From: the human T2T-CHM13v2.0 reference genome, Homo sapiens
Length of the DNA stretch: 64,000 bases
NCBI RefSeq assembly: GCF_009914755.1
Contig: NC_060937.1
Direction: 5' to 3' (one strand)
Positions within the stretch are counted from its first letter, which is position 1. Each line of letters opens with the position of its first letter. Shown here in pieces: positions 1 to 11,880 of the stretch. A model generated the notes under the pieces. It did no database searches, was not told the DNA's origin, and saw only the letters and a list, made by a program, of their open reading frames with translations. Position numbers and translations under genes: made by a program.

Positions 1-30
1 TTTTTTGAAAGTTTTGCTCCCCCCTCCCCC

Positions 31-31
<1 letters not shown>

Positions 32-78
<47 letters not shown>
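32..78. repeat. (CA)n microsatellite
   Basis: Uninterrupted CA dinucleotide run. Confidence 0.98.
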
Positions 79-80
<2 letters not shown>

Positions 81-92
81 CCTGTGTATGTT

Positions 93-400
93 ATTTTATT
101 TTGAGACAAGGTCTTGTTCTGTCACCCAGGCTGGAGTGCAGTAGTGCAGTCATGGCTCACTGCAGCCTTGAACTCTTGGGCTTAACCCATTCTCCCACCT
201 CAGCCTCCTGAATGGCTGGGATTACAGGCATGTGTCACCACATCTGGCTAATTATTGTATTTTTTGTAGAGATGTAGTTTTGCCATGTTGCCCAGGCTGG
301 TCTAGAACTCCTGAGCTCAAGTGTTCCTCCTGCCTCAGCCTCCTGAGTAGCTAGGACTACAGGCACAGGCTATAGGACTATGCCACCATACTTAGCTAAT
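93..400 (-). mobile_element. Alu SINE (old, AluJ-like)
   Basis: ttttgagacaaggtcttg...cccaggctggagtgcagt...gctgggattacagg, the reverse complement of an Alu; heavily diverged. Confidence 0.93.
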
Positions 401-804
401 CCTGTGTATTTTAGATTACTGGTGGGGATTAAAAAAAACTCGAGAGCCATATAGGTATTTAAAATTACAGTTATTTCATTATTTTTACATCTTATTTTAT
501 GTTTACTTTCATCAGATTTCCCTATTCCAACTTGATAATGTTGCTACAATTTGTGACAAATGATTGATGCTCTTGGTATTCTACCTCCATGCAGTTTATT
601 TAGCACTGACCTGTAGTTCTCTTACTCTTGCTTAGATCATCTTTCTTTCCATTTCTTGTTGGTTGGCCTTGGTCATCCTCTCATTTCCTACCCAGCACTG
701 ACATTCCTACTCCTGATTTTTTTCCTTTCTCCTCACTTTTTGGCTTGCTTTTTCTGTTTCATACTGATGTTGGCTTTGACATTGTTTATTGTTGCCTTTC
801 TCAG

Positions 805-912
805 TTGCGTTCACTTATGGACTTGCCTCCATAGAATGAGAGGCTGGAGCCCTTTCTGTTGCCAGTAGAATTGCTTGACTTCATGTTTAACAGAAGTACT
901 CATTCATGTTAG
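805..912 (+). other. Candidate non-coding or poison exon of an unidentified host gene
   Basis: Pyrimidine-rich acceptor ttgcctttctcAG ending 804 (alternative ccatAG ending 834) and donor AG|GTAAGC at 912/913, in non-repetitive sequence; stops in all frames. Confidence 0.3.
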
Positions 913-1876
913 GTAAGCAGCCAGGTGATTGTAAGACAGCTCTGATGTATTTTGTTAATTCTGAAGAAACTTTTAAGTACTGCTAAACATAATTCTTGAT
1001 AGTATGGATACAATGACTGCTTAATAGACTTTGGAAAGTACTCCTTATAGATAGGAAGCTGAAATACACATATATTTTTATCTTTTTATCTAAAAACCTA
1101 TTTTAGTACAAATGAGTCCAGCTGTGCTTGAGAATTTAAACCAGATATCCTGGAGCTGAAAGTCGATATTGTCAGTGTTTTAGCCAAGACTAGCTGACCT
1201 CTGCAGATCCCCTTTAAGTTTGTGGCATAAGCTAAATTCGGAAGTAAGTAAAAAACTTAAGGAAATCGATCAAAGTAGCACATACCTCTCTTACTTGATC
1301 TATTTCTCTTTAGATTGTTTTTTTTTTTATGGGATCATTCTATTCTAAAAGGTGATTCAGTCTGATGTTCCTAAGTACATGAAAATTTCAATGCAAGCAA
1401 AAAATACTGAGTACATGTCACTTTAAAACAATCTTGCTTTGACTTTGATCATGTAGTGTCTTTTCTGTATTTCTATTGCACTTTGAGTAACTGGACTCAC
1501 TGAATTTAAAATGTGCTTGGTGGTTTTCAAATGAGAATGTAGTGCAATTAGGTTTTTTTCTTAGTAAAATTCTGTACTATATTCTTGAAAAGTTTTGGAA
1601 TAGAAGATAGCATTTGCTACTAGTTACTTATTATTTATTTATTTATTTATTTTTTAGAGCAGGAGAACTTGATAGTTAAGTGTTTAAGAAGTAATTTTGA
1701 TTTAGTTGCAGTGTACAAAGTAGGGATATTAAATCCCAATTGTCTTCATGGAAAAATATTAGTAATACCTTCCAAAAAGTTATATACATTTGTGGTTCAT
1801 AAAGTTTTTCTTAATATGGCTTTTTTGAGATATAATTCATATACCATACAATTCATCTATTTAAAATATACAGTTT

Positions 1877-2173
1877 AGCTAGGTGTGGTGGCTCACTCTT
1901 GTAATCCCAGCACTTTGGGAGGCCGAGGCAGGTAGATCACCTGAGGTCAGGAGTTTGAGACCAGCCTAATCAACATGTGAAACCCTATCTCTACTAAAAA
2001 TACGAAAATTAGCTGGGTGTGGTGGCAGGTGCCTGTAATCCTAGCTACTCAAGAGGCTGAGGCAGGAGAATCATTTGAACCCAGGAGGTGGAGGTTGCGG
2101 TGAGCCAAGATCACGCCATTGCACTCCAGCCTGGGCAACAAGAGCGAAACTCTGTCTCAAAAAAAAAAAAAAA
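1877..2173 (+). mobile_element. Alu SINE (AluS-like)
   Basis: Full dimer with A-tail; flanked by tacagttta/cacagttta. Confidence 0.96.
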
Positions 2174-3292
2174 TACACACACACACACATACACAGTTTA
2201 GTGCTTTTTGATATATTCACAGGGTTGTGCAGCTATTACCGCAATCTGATTTTAGAATATTTTTGGTCCCTCTAAAAGAAACCCCGTACCCATTAGCAAT
2301 CACTCCTTGTTTCCTCTAATCCTCAGTCCTAGACATCCAGGAATCTCCTTTCTGTCCCTGCATTTGCCTGTTTTGGACATTTCATATAAATGACGAAATC
2401 ATACAATATGTGCTCTTTTGTGACTGACTTCCTTCACTTAATGAAACGTTTTCAAGGCTCATCCATGTTGTAGCATATATCACATTTTGTTCATTCCTGG
2501 GCTGGTGAATATTTGGGTTCTTTCTACTTTTTGGTTGTTATGAATAATGCTGCTATGAACATGGGTATACAACTATCTGAGTCTCTGCTTTCAATTCCTA
2601 GGTATTCATTATAACCAAGAGTGGAATTACCGGCTCATGTTTAACTTTTTGAGTAGCCTCCAAACTGTTTTCCACAGCTGCTACACCATTTTGCGTTCCC
2701 ACCAGCAGTGCACCAGGGTTGCAATTTCTCCACGTTCTTGCCAACACTTGTTTTCTGCCTTTTTGATAATAGACATCCTTAAGGGTATTAAATGGTATCT
2801 TATTGTGGTTTTGATTTGTATTTCCCTAATAACTAATGATGTTGAGTATCTTTTTATGTGCTTATTGACCATTCATGTATCTTTGTGGGAAAATATATTC
2901 AAATGCTTTGCTGTTTAAAATTAGGTTGTCTTTTTAGTAGTTAGTTGTAGGAGTTCTTTGTATATTCTGGATACTGAACCCTTATCAGATATATGATTTG
3001 CAAATACAGTTGTGTGTTGCTTAATGACAGGGATACTTTCTGAGAAATGCAGCATTAGGCAAGTTTATGATTGTGTGAACATCATAGAGCATACTCAGAC
3101 ACCTAGATGGTATAGCCTACAACACACCTAGGCTATATGGTGTAGCCTATTGCTTAGTCTACAAGCCTGTACAGTATGTTATTGTATTGACTATTATAGG
3201 CACTTGTAACACAGTGGTTAGTATTTGTGTATCTAAACACATTTTAATATAGAAAAGGTATAGTAAAAATATGGCATAAAAGGTAAAAAATG

Positions 3293-3573
3293 AGCTGGGT
3301 ACAGTGACTCATGGTTGCAATTCCAGCATTTTGGGAGTCTGAGGTGGGAGGACTGCTTGAGGACATAGGAGTTTGAGACCAGCCTGGGCAGTATACTTGA
3401 TACCCCATCTTTACAAAAAAGTTAAAAAATTAACTGGGCTTGGTGGTATTTGCCTGTAGTCCCAGCTACTCAGGAGACCGAGGCGGTAGGATTGCTTGAG
3501 TCCAGGAGCTTGAGGCGGTGGTGAGCTCTAATTGTACCACTGTAGAGGGCCTGGGGGACAGAGTGAGACCCTG

Positions 3574-3613
<40 letters not shown>
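3293..3613 (+). mobile_element. Alu SINE (AluJ-like) with a poly(T) tract at the tail position
   Basis: Sense Alu body ending gagaccctgtc, followed by a long T run. Confidence 0.92.
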
Positions 3614-3617
<4 letters not shown>

Positions 3618-3980
3618 GAGAGACATAAAAATTGGTATACCTGTGTAGGGTACTTACCATGAATGGAACTTACAGGTCTAGAAGTTGCTCTGGGTGAGTC
3701 AGTGGTAAGTGCATGTGAAGGCCTAGGACATTGCTTTACACCACTGTAGACTTTATAAACACTGTACACTTAGGCTACCCTAAATTTATTTAAATTTTTT
3801 TCTTCAATAATAAATTAACCTTAGCCTCCTGTAATTGAGTACTTTAAACTTTTCAGTTTTTTAAAACTTTCTGATTCTTGTATAATAACTTAGATTAAAA
3901 CACAAACATTGTATAGGTGTATAAAAACATTTTCTTTATATCCTTATTCTGTAAGCTTTTTTCTATTTTTAAAAGTTTTT

Positions 3981-4098
3981 GGCTGGGCGTAGTGGGTCAC
4001 ACCTGTAATCCCAACACTTCGGGAGGCTTGAGATGGGAGGATTGCTTGAGGCAGGAGTTCAAGACCAAACTTTTTTTTTTAAAGAAAAAGAAAAAAAA
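3981..4098 (+). mobile_element. Alu monomer (FLAM-like/truncated)
   Basis: ggctgggcgtagtgggtcacacctgtaatccca...gagttcaagacc; aaaagttttt on both sides. Confidence 0.85.
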
Positions 4099-6125
4099 GT
4101 TTTTATTTTTTGCTTTTTAAACGTGTTTGTTATGTTAGCCTAGGCCTACACAGGGTCAGGATCATCAGTATCACTGTCTTCCACTTCCACATCTTGTCCC
4201 CCTGGAAGGTCTGAGGGGTAGTGCAGACATGGAGCTGTCATCTCCTATGATGATAATGCCTTGATGTGGAATACCTCCTGAAGGACCTGCCTGAGGCAGT
4301 TTTACAGTTAATTTTAAAAAGAATAAGTCAAACTGGAGTACACTCTTTACTTTTTATTGACCTCTTGGGGATGAAGAAAGAAGTACACTCTTAATGATAA
4401 AAACCATAGTATAGCATATACATACACCAGTAACATGGTCATTTATTATCAAGTATTATGTAGTGTACATAACGGTATGTGCTATACATGACGGGCAGTG
4501 CAGTAGGTTTCTTCACACCAGCATCACCACAAACGTGCCTGTAATGCTTTGCACTATGAAGTTACAATGGCTACAGTGTCACTAGGTGAGAAGAATTTTT
4601 CAGCTCTATTTTAATCTTATGGGACAACCTCCCTATGTGCTGTTGTCTTCAAGTGAAACATCATTACATGGTGCATGACTGTATTTGGCTTGTCTTTTTA
4701 CTTTCTTGTTGGTATTGTTTGTAGCACAAAAGTTTTTAATTTTGGTGTAGTCCAGTGTATCTATTTTTGCTTTTGTGGCTGTGTTTTTGATATTATATGT
4801 TAAAGAAACATTGCTTAACCCAAGGCCACAAAAACTTCTATGTTTTTTCCTAAGAGTTTTATAGTTGTAACTCCTAGATTTAGGTCTCTAAGGGGTTGAA
4901 CTTCTTTCTTTTGGTGATGGATATACAGTTGTCCCAGCCTCTGAATTGTTTGGGCATACTTTGTTAAAAATCAGTTGGCCATAAATATAGGATATTTTTC
5001 TGGTCTCTCAATATGTCTGTCCTTAAGCTGGTACTACACTGTCTTCATTGCTGTAGCTTTGTAGTTAGTTTTGAAACTTGGAAGTATACTTTCTTTTTTG
5101 CCAAGATTGTTTTGACTTTTTTGTAGTTCATGAAGTTTAAACACTACATCTGGTATTATTTTTCACTTTTCTAATAGATTATAATGTTGGATATGTTAGA
5201 AATGTATGTCTAGTTCCAGGTAATTAAAGTTTTCTGGGTAGCTGATTCACTTTTTATTCACTAAATCTTTATTTTAATCACTGTGGATGAAAGTCATTTA
5301 TTTGGTATTATATAATAAAAATTATACATACACATATATGATATACTTGGAACACAGTTTAACTTTTTCTGTGCAGTTCAGACTAACTATTGTAAAACAT
5401 TAGCCATCATATGTTATTTCCAGGTGCTTTAAAAAATATATATATATATAGTACTATTGGCTTTTGTACTAAATAGCTAGGTCTTCGGAGTTCATCTACC
5501 TATGGTGTTTTCCTTTATTCTTCTCCTTATTGTCAGCTGTTACTTAAAAAAAAAGTTTTATACTTTTAAATTACAGAATAACTATCAATTGTAGAAAATA
5601 CAAGTAAAGTCTAAGAAGAAAATAAAATTTACCCTAATTTGGCCACACAGACTTTTTTAAGGCATGTTTTAAAATTAGATTATATTGTGCACATTGTTTT
5701 GAAACCTGCATAGACTGTGTATATTCCATGTCACTAATCATCTTTCTAAATCTTTCTGTTGTTTTAATGTCTGTATTTATTGTATTATATGATTGTACTT
5801 TAAAAAACATTTAGCATAGTTTCACTTTTTCATTACATTTAAAATTTTGTTGCTGCATCTTTGTAGACACTCATGATTTTATCCTTAGGAAAGATTTTTA
5901 GAAGTGGGTTTGCTGGATCCATTTTTAAGGTTTTTGATATATGAAGCTAGATTTTCTCCTAGAAGGTTTGAACTAATTTGTAATGTCTTTCATAATGACA
6001 AAAGTAATGTTTGCCTCCTCCTTGATCAATAGTTTTATTATTGTTTTCTTTGATCTTTGCAAATTTGATAGGCAACCTATGGAATTTTGGTTTTATTTAC
6101 ATTTGTTTAACATTTAAATTTTTAA

Positions 6126-6501
<376 letters not shown>

Positions 6502-7279
6502 TACATTTTCTTAAATATTTCTTTTTGTTAAGTGCTTTGTTTATTGGGATATTCATTTTTTTATTCATGTTGTAAGAATTTCCAATTCTTTGTTTTTATA
6601 TTTATGACTTCTTAAATGTGTAATCAAATGTATCAGTCTTTTATTGCTTCTGAGTTTTCTCCATTATATGCCTTTTACTTACATTTTCACCTAATGTTTT
6701 TATGGGTTTCAAAATTACAGTTAAAATTTTATTTAATCTTAAAATGATTTGTTAAAACTTGTTAGGTAGGGTTCTAACTTTAATTTTTCTACTCCTTTTA
6801 ATGCTGTTGAATAATTCTTTCTCAATTGATTCGAAATGCTGCTTTTATCATTACCCTACATTCCCAACTTGGAATTTATTTCTGGACTTTCTGTGTTAGT
6901 CCATTGATCTGTCTATTCCTGTGTTACTCCCTTTGTTGTTTTACGTCTTTTATAATAAAGATCTACAATATCTGGGGTAAGACTGGAACCTTGATGTTAG
7001 TCTTTGAAAAATAAATTACAGTTTTTCTTATCCATTTATTCCAGGTAAGCTCTAAAATCAACAACTCAAGGTCTAAAAAGTATTTTGAGATTTGGGTTGA
7101 ATTGTATTAAATGTATAGATAGATGAATTACTCTCCATACTCAGCAATATGGTTATGTTTTTTATTCAGATTTTATCTTAAGAACCTTAATAAAGCCTTG
7201 TAGTGTTTTTCATATGGGTCCTACATATTGCCTACTACAAGGTATTCTATTTAAGTAGTGTTGTGCACAAGTTTGTGCA

Positions 7280-7390
7280 CCTGTACGTCTCATGTAATAT
7301 TTGTGACATATGAAAATTTTTTTTATGTTTATCTGAAATGCAGATTTATCTGGACATCTTGTATTTCATTTGCTAAATCTAGTAACCCTG
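7280..7390. mobile_element. MER53-like hAT fragment
   Basis: gtttatctgaaatgcagatttatctggacatcttgtatttcatttgctaaatctagtaaccctg. Confidence 0.7.
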
Positions 7391-7612
7391 TGCATATTTT
7401 TTAACTATTACAGAATTTAAAAAATGTACTCCAAAGTAGAGACGGTTCAATAAATCCTCATTAACCCACCATGTATCTCAAATAGTCGTAAACTTTCTGC
7501 ATTTCTTATAAAGGTAGTTTAAATTTTTTATTGCTGATTTTTTAGCTTGCTGTCTTAGATATTCATGTTATATATATTAAGAGTTTTATTCTTTTCTAGT
7601 ACTTCCACTTGA

Positions 7613-7924
<312 letters not shown>

Positions 7925-8062
7925 TGTACCTTTTAAATAACTTTTTAATAACTTTACATTCTTACTGGCAGTGTTGGAGATATTTTTGTCTTTTGATTTT
8001 TAAATGGAAATATTTCTAGTGTTTCTGTGTTAGGTAAGTAAGAGTTCTTACTAAATTTTGTT

Positions 8063-8174
8063 TTCCTAATATTATTAGATTTGGGATTGACATACATGAT
8101 TTACAAGCTCTGTTTCTGTCTTCCTAATATTATTAGATTTGGGATTGACATCTTATATGTGATTTATGAGCTCT
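8063..8174. repeat. Local direct duplication (31-bp identical core)
   Basis: ttcctaatattattagatttgggattgacat at 8063-8093 and 8121-8151. Confidence 0.95.
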
Positions 8175-8330
8175 TGAGCTTGAGCAGTTCATTCAGTCTC
8201 TCTGAGCACTTCTGATTTTTCATCTGTCAAATGAATTCATCCCACAGAGATCTTTTTGTAACATAAGGCAATGGATGCAAAACAAGTTTTCCAGCTATCA
8301 TAAGGGCATATAAGTTACATGTACTTTAAT
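8175..8330. mobile_element. MIR fragment
   Basis: tctctgagcacttctgatttttcatctgtcaaatg, the MIR core. Confidence 0.6.
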
Positions 8331-10532
8331 ATATTTTTTTAATTAATCTCTCTTGTTCATTCATTTATGATTACCTATTTCTCCAGTGCCCAATTATCCT
8401 GATTTATATTTTTTAAGAAGAATTTAAGATGCTTAGTGGTAGACGATTATCCTAAATATGTCTGTTTACAGATAGCAACCTATGGTTGTTTCTGCTGTAA
8501 TATCATGTTTGTTTTTCTGCCAAATCTCTTATTATGAAAAATCTCTTATGAAAACAGAAGTTTCATTGGAGAAAGAGGACTGGAGAGTTTCTGTAGGACT
8601 GACATAAGTATTTATGTAGCTTTACTCTAAAAATAATAAATATGCTGACTAAATTCAATAAAAACAACCAAATTTTTCCTCCTTCACCCTTGAGTCCATC
8701 CACATTCTCAGAAGGTTCTTAGCTTCTCCTATCACATTTGTCCTTGACCATGCAGTTTTACTTGCAGAACTGTTCACAACTGCCAGTGGTAAACAAAAGA
8801 ATAAAAGAATGCTTGAGTAAACAAAACAATTCTATTTCAGAAGAACACACAAACAATGCAGCTCTGTGTGCCTATTCTTTGATGCAACTATTATTTTTCC
8901 TATTTACGTTGTGCTAATTCCTGTTGGTGTTGTAGTAATAATGCTTTAGTGTACTGAGTTTTCCCCCAATTGATGATGTTATATCTACATTATGTTATAA
9001 AAGCTCATGCTGTAAGAGACTTGCCTATATTTGCTAGTACAGGGTAAATAGTAAGTATTGTATTAATAAATACTTGTTGATTGCAAATGGCCAGATGACT
9101 TATTTCAAATATTGAGGCTCATTGAGGTTCACTGTTATTGCCCTGGCTAGGTATTCAAGCCTGGCTCAGTAAACTGTACTTATTGGATACTGGTTCAAAA
9201 CAAAGTAAAAAATGTAATCCTACTATTGTGCAAAGTCATAGTACCTTTTTACTTTTGGCAAGTGTTGTTACATTATAGGAAGATAAGAACTAGAGCAGGT
9301 TTGGAGAAAGGCACACAAAATGACAAGGAGAAAGGTACCATAGTATATAAACTAAAAGGGTTTGGGTGTTTCAACTTGGAAGTTAAAGGGATGAATTTGA
9401 AGTATAGAAGACTGTGATCATATAGGTAAGTTGAACTTGTTTTTAAATCTCAGCCTGATGAACTGTTGTTTATTTTTACCCCCAGTGTTGAAATAAGACA
9501 GTTGGATAGAAGCACTTTATTTTGAAACTGAAAATGTAATTAATTCTCTAAAAGTTTAGGTATATTTATGAATGATAGATTCGTATTTAGTTACTAAATG
9601 GAATTAAGCTATTTTAAGCCTTCTGAGGTATAAATCAAGGGGGCAGCATAAGCATATTCTCCCATATGGGTACTAGTTCAAATATTTGCTTTACTGTTAC
9701 GTAGAATAGGGACACAACTGTTTTGTGACCCCCAAGTGTAGAACTGTGACCAATGACTTTGGCACTAAACATAGGGAGGAACTTTGTAACAAAGTACTCC
9801 AGATTATGGAATGGAAAAAGGGGAATTTGTTCTTTCTACAAATGGTTTCAACATGTCCTAAATGACAATTTGGTGGAGTTGTTGTGGAAGAAATTCAAGT
9901 AGTGGATTGATGTTTGAATTGGGTGACTTGTATGGTCCTGCCAGTTCTGAGATTTTATGATAAAGTGTCAGGAATCACTATTTCTTAGAGAACATCAGCC
10001 TGAATGGGCAATAAATCCAGAAAAAGTACAAGAAATTTTGCTAAAATGTGGAGATGGCTGTTTTGCCTTTAAAAGTTGATGAACCATAGCCTCATTTTAC
10101 ATTTTTAAAATAATGCTCTTTAAAAATGAAATGGTCATGAAAGAAATATAGACAGTGTAGAAGGGCATGAGCTAGAAAGTAATAGTGCTCTAATCCTCCG
10201 ACCACCGTTTCCCTTTCCATCTAGTAGTGAGGGAAAGGGTGGTGTTGAGAATTAGTCTTTGTTTTTTGGCTTGAATAATTGACTCCACAGTGGCAGTGCC
10301 ATTAACTGAGAGATGGGATAAAACTTGCAAGAACAGGAAGCTATGCGGAGCAAGCTTCCTGAACTGTCTTACATTGTTTGTCTGATTGAATTATTTAGGC
10401 CTTGAATTCTGTTTGTGCTCTAGTGACATTTTGTCTTCAAAGATGTTAAATTATTCCAAAAGTAATAGACACTGACTTGGAGAGGTTTTTATTGGCCAGA
10501 TTTGGGATAATTTGAACATTAGACAGAATATA

Positions 10533-10862
10533 CAGTTGACCCTGTGTATCTGTGGGTTCCATATATGCAGGTTAAGCCAACCACAGATTGAAAGTGTTCT
10601 GTAGTTGTGTCCGTACTGAACAGTTACAGACTTTTTTCTTTTCATTTTCCCCTAAACAACATAACAATTATTTACATAGTATTTACATTGTATTAGGTAT
10701 CATAAGTAATCAAAAGACGATTTAAAGTATATGAGATGGTGTGTGTAGGTTTCATGCAGATACCACGTCATTTTATGTAAGGGACTTGAGCATCTGTGCA
10801 TTTTGGTATCTGCTGGGAGGTCCTGGAGCCAGTGTGTCCCATAGATATTGAAGAGGGCTGTG
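10533..10862. mobile_element. MER2 (TcMar-Tigger) DNA transposon
   Basis: ta-cagttgaccctgtgtatctgtgggttcc...atttacattgtattaggtat...agggacttgagcatc...ctggagccag. Confidence 0.88.
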
Positions 10863-10929
10863 TATTATAATTTGTCCTATAACGAACCCGTGAATCCATC
10901 TCGATAGTAAAAAAGGTAGGGTGGGGGTG

Positions 10930-11880
10930 GTTCTTTACAGAAGGATGCCAGTTGATAAAATGTAGAAGGAATGATGGAATCAGAAAAACCATTTTGTAAC
11001 TCTCAGTGTAAAAATTGATTCAGGCAAAAATCATTGATGGTGAAAATTTGTTGGGAAATTAAATATTCATTGGTTTAAAAGTATCACCTCACAAATTATT
11101 TACTAATTGCAAAAAAGAAAATGTACCTTTGTAATTGAGAGTCTGGCAATCATCAGCTTAACAAAATGATCAATCTTAGCATCATGAACGGTGGGACAGC
11201 CCATTGTTTTTGCCTTTCATGGGGTGCAGTAAGAAAAAAAAAAATCACCGGTATAGTTGTCCCACCAAAAATATTTAATTTAAACCTAATCATGATGGAA
11301 TAATCAGACAGATCTAGAATTTGTGCTGTTTTATATGACCACTGGCCTAGTCTCTTCAAGAAAGTATCATGAAAAGCTTTGTGGTAGTGGCGTAGGGATT
11401 CAATTAAAAAAAGACTAAGGAGACTTACCAACCAAATTCAGTGGATTAATAAAAATTAAGTTCAGTAAATTTGGATTTAATAAAAACTCATACAAAAGAC
11501 ATTTTTGGAACAATTTGTAACATTTGAGTATGAATTATAAAACAGATGAGTTTATGAAAATGTTATTTTGGGGGTGTTATATAAATGATATTTTGATTAT
11601 ATAGGAAAATGTCCTTATTCTCAGAAGAGGTATTTCAGAATGAAGTGGCATGATGTCTAGAAATTACTTTTGTTTTCTTCTGACATCACCACATTGATCG
11701 TATGCTAAAAATTACTTTCAAGTGGTTCAGAAGAAAATTGTGTGTGTGTGTGTGTGTGTATGTGTGTGTAAAGATACGGTAAAATGTTAACAATATAGAT
11801 GAAGGATATATAGATGTTTATTATACATCCTTCAATTTCTTATTAGGTTTAAACATTTTAAAATATTACATTTTTCAAAA
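10930..11880 (+). mobile_element. L1MC-type 3' UTR fragment containing (TG)n at about 11739-11769
   Basis: ggatgccagttgataaaatgtagaaggaatgatggaatcagaaaa and later L1MC 3' motifs. Confidence 0.65.

Larger units (their letters stand above)
3007..4681. mobile_element. Tigger3b/MER7B-like (TcMar-Tigger) DNA transposon
   Basis: Termini cagttgtgtgttgcttaatgac...catggtgcatgactg with TA on both sides; internal cacacctaggctatatggtgtagcct motif. Confidence 0.88.
1800..5120 (-). mobile_element. L1MB-type LINE 3' portion, interrupted by an Alu and Tigger3b
   Basis: L1M 3' end (gagatataattcatataccatacaattc), ORF2 C-terminal remnant in ORF 2681-2872 (IREIQIKTTIRYHLIP); resumes after 4683. Confidence 0.88.

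Noticed and set aside
9330-9435. Exon ending at the donor TAG|GTAAGT (about 9426)
   Set aside because: No clear upstream acceptor; the region may be an ancient repeat remnant
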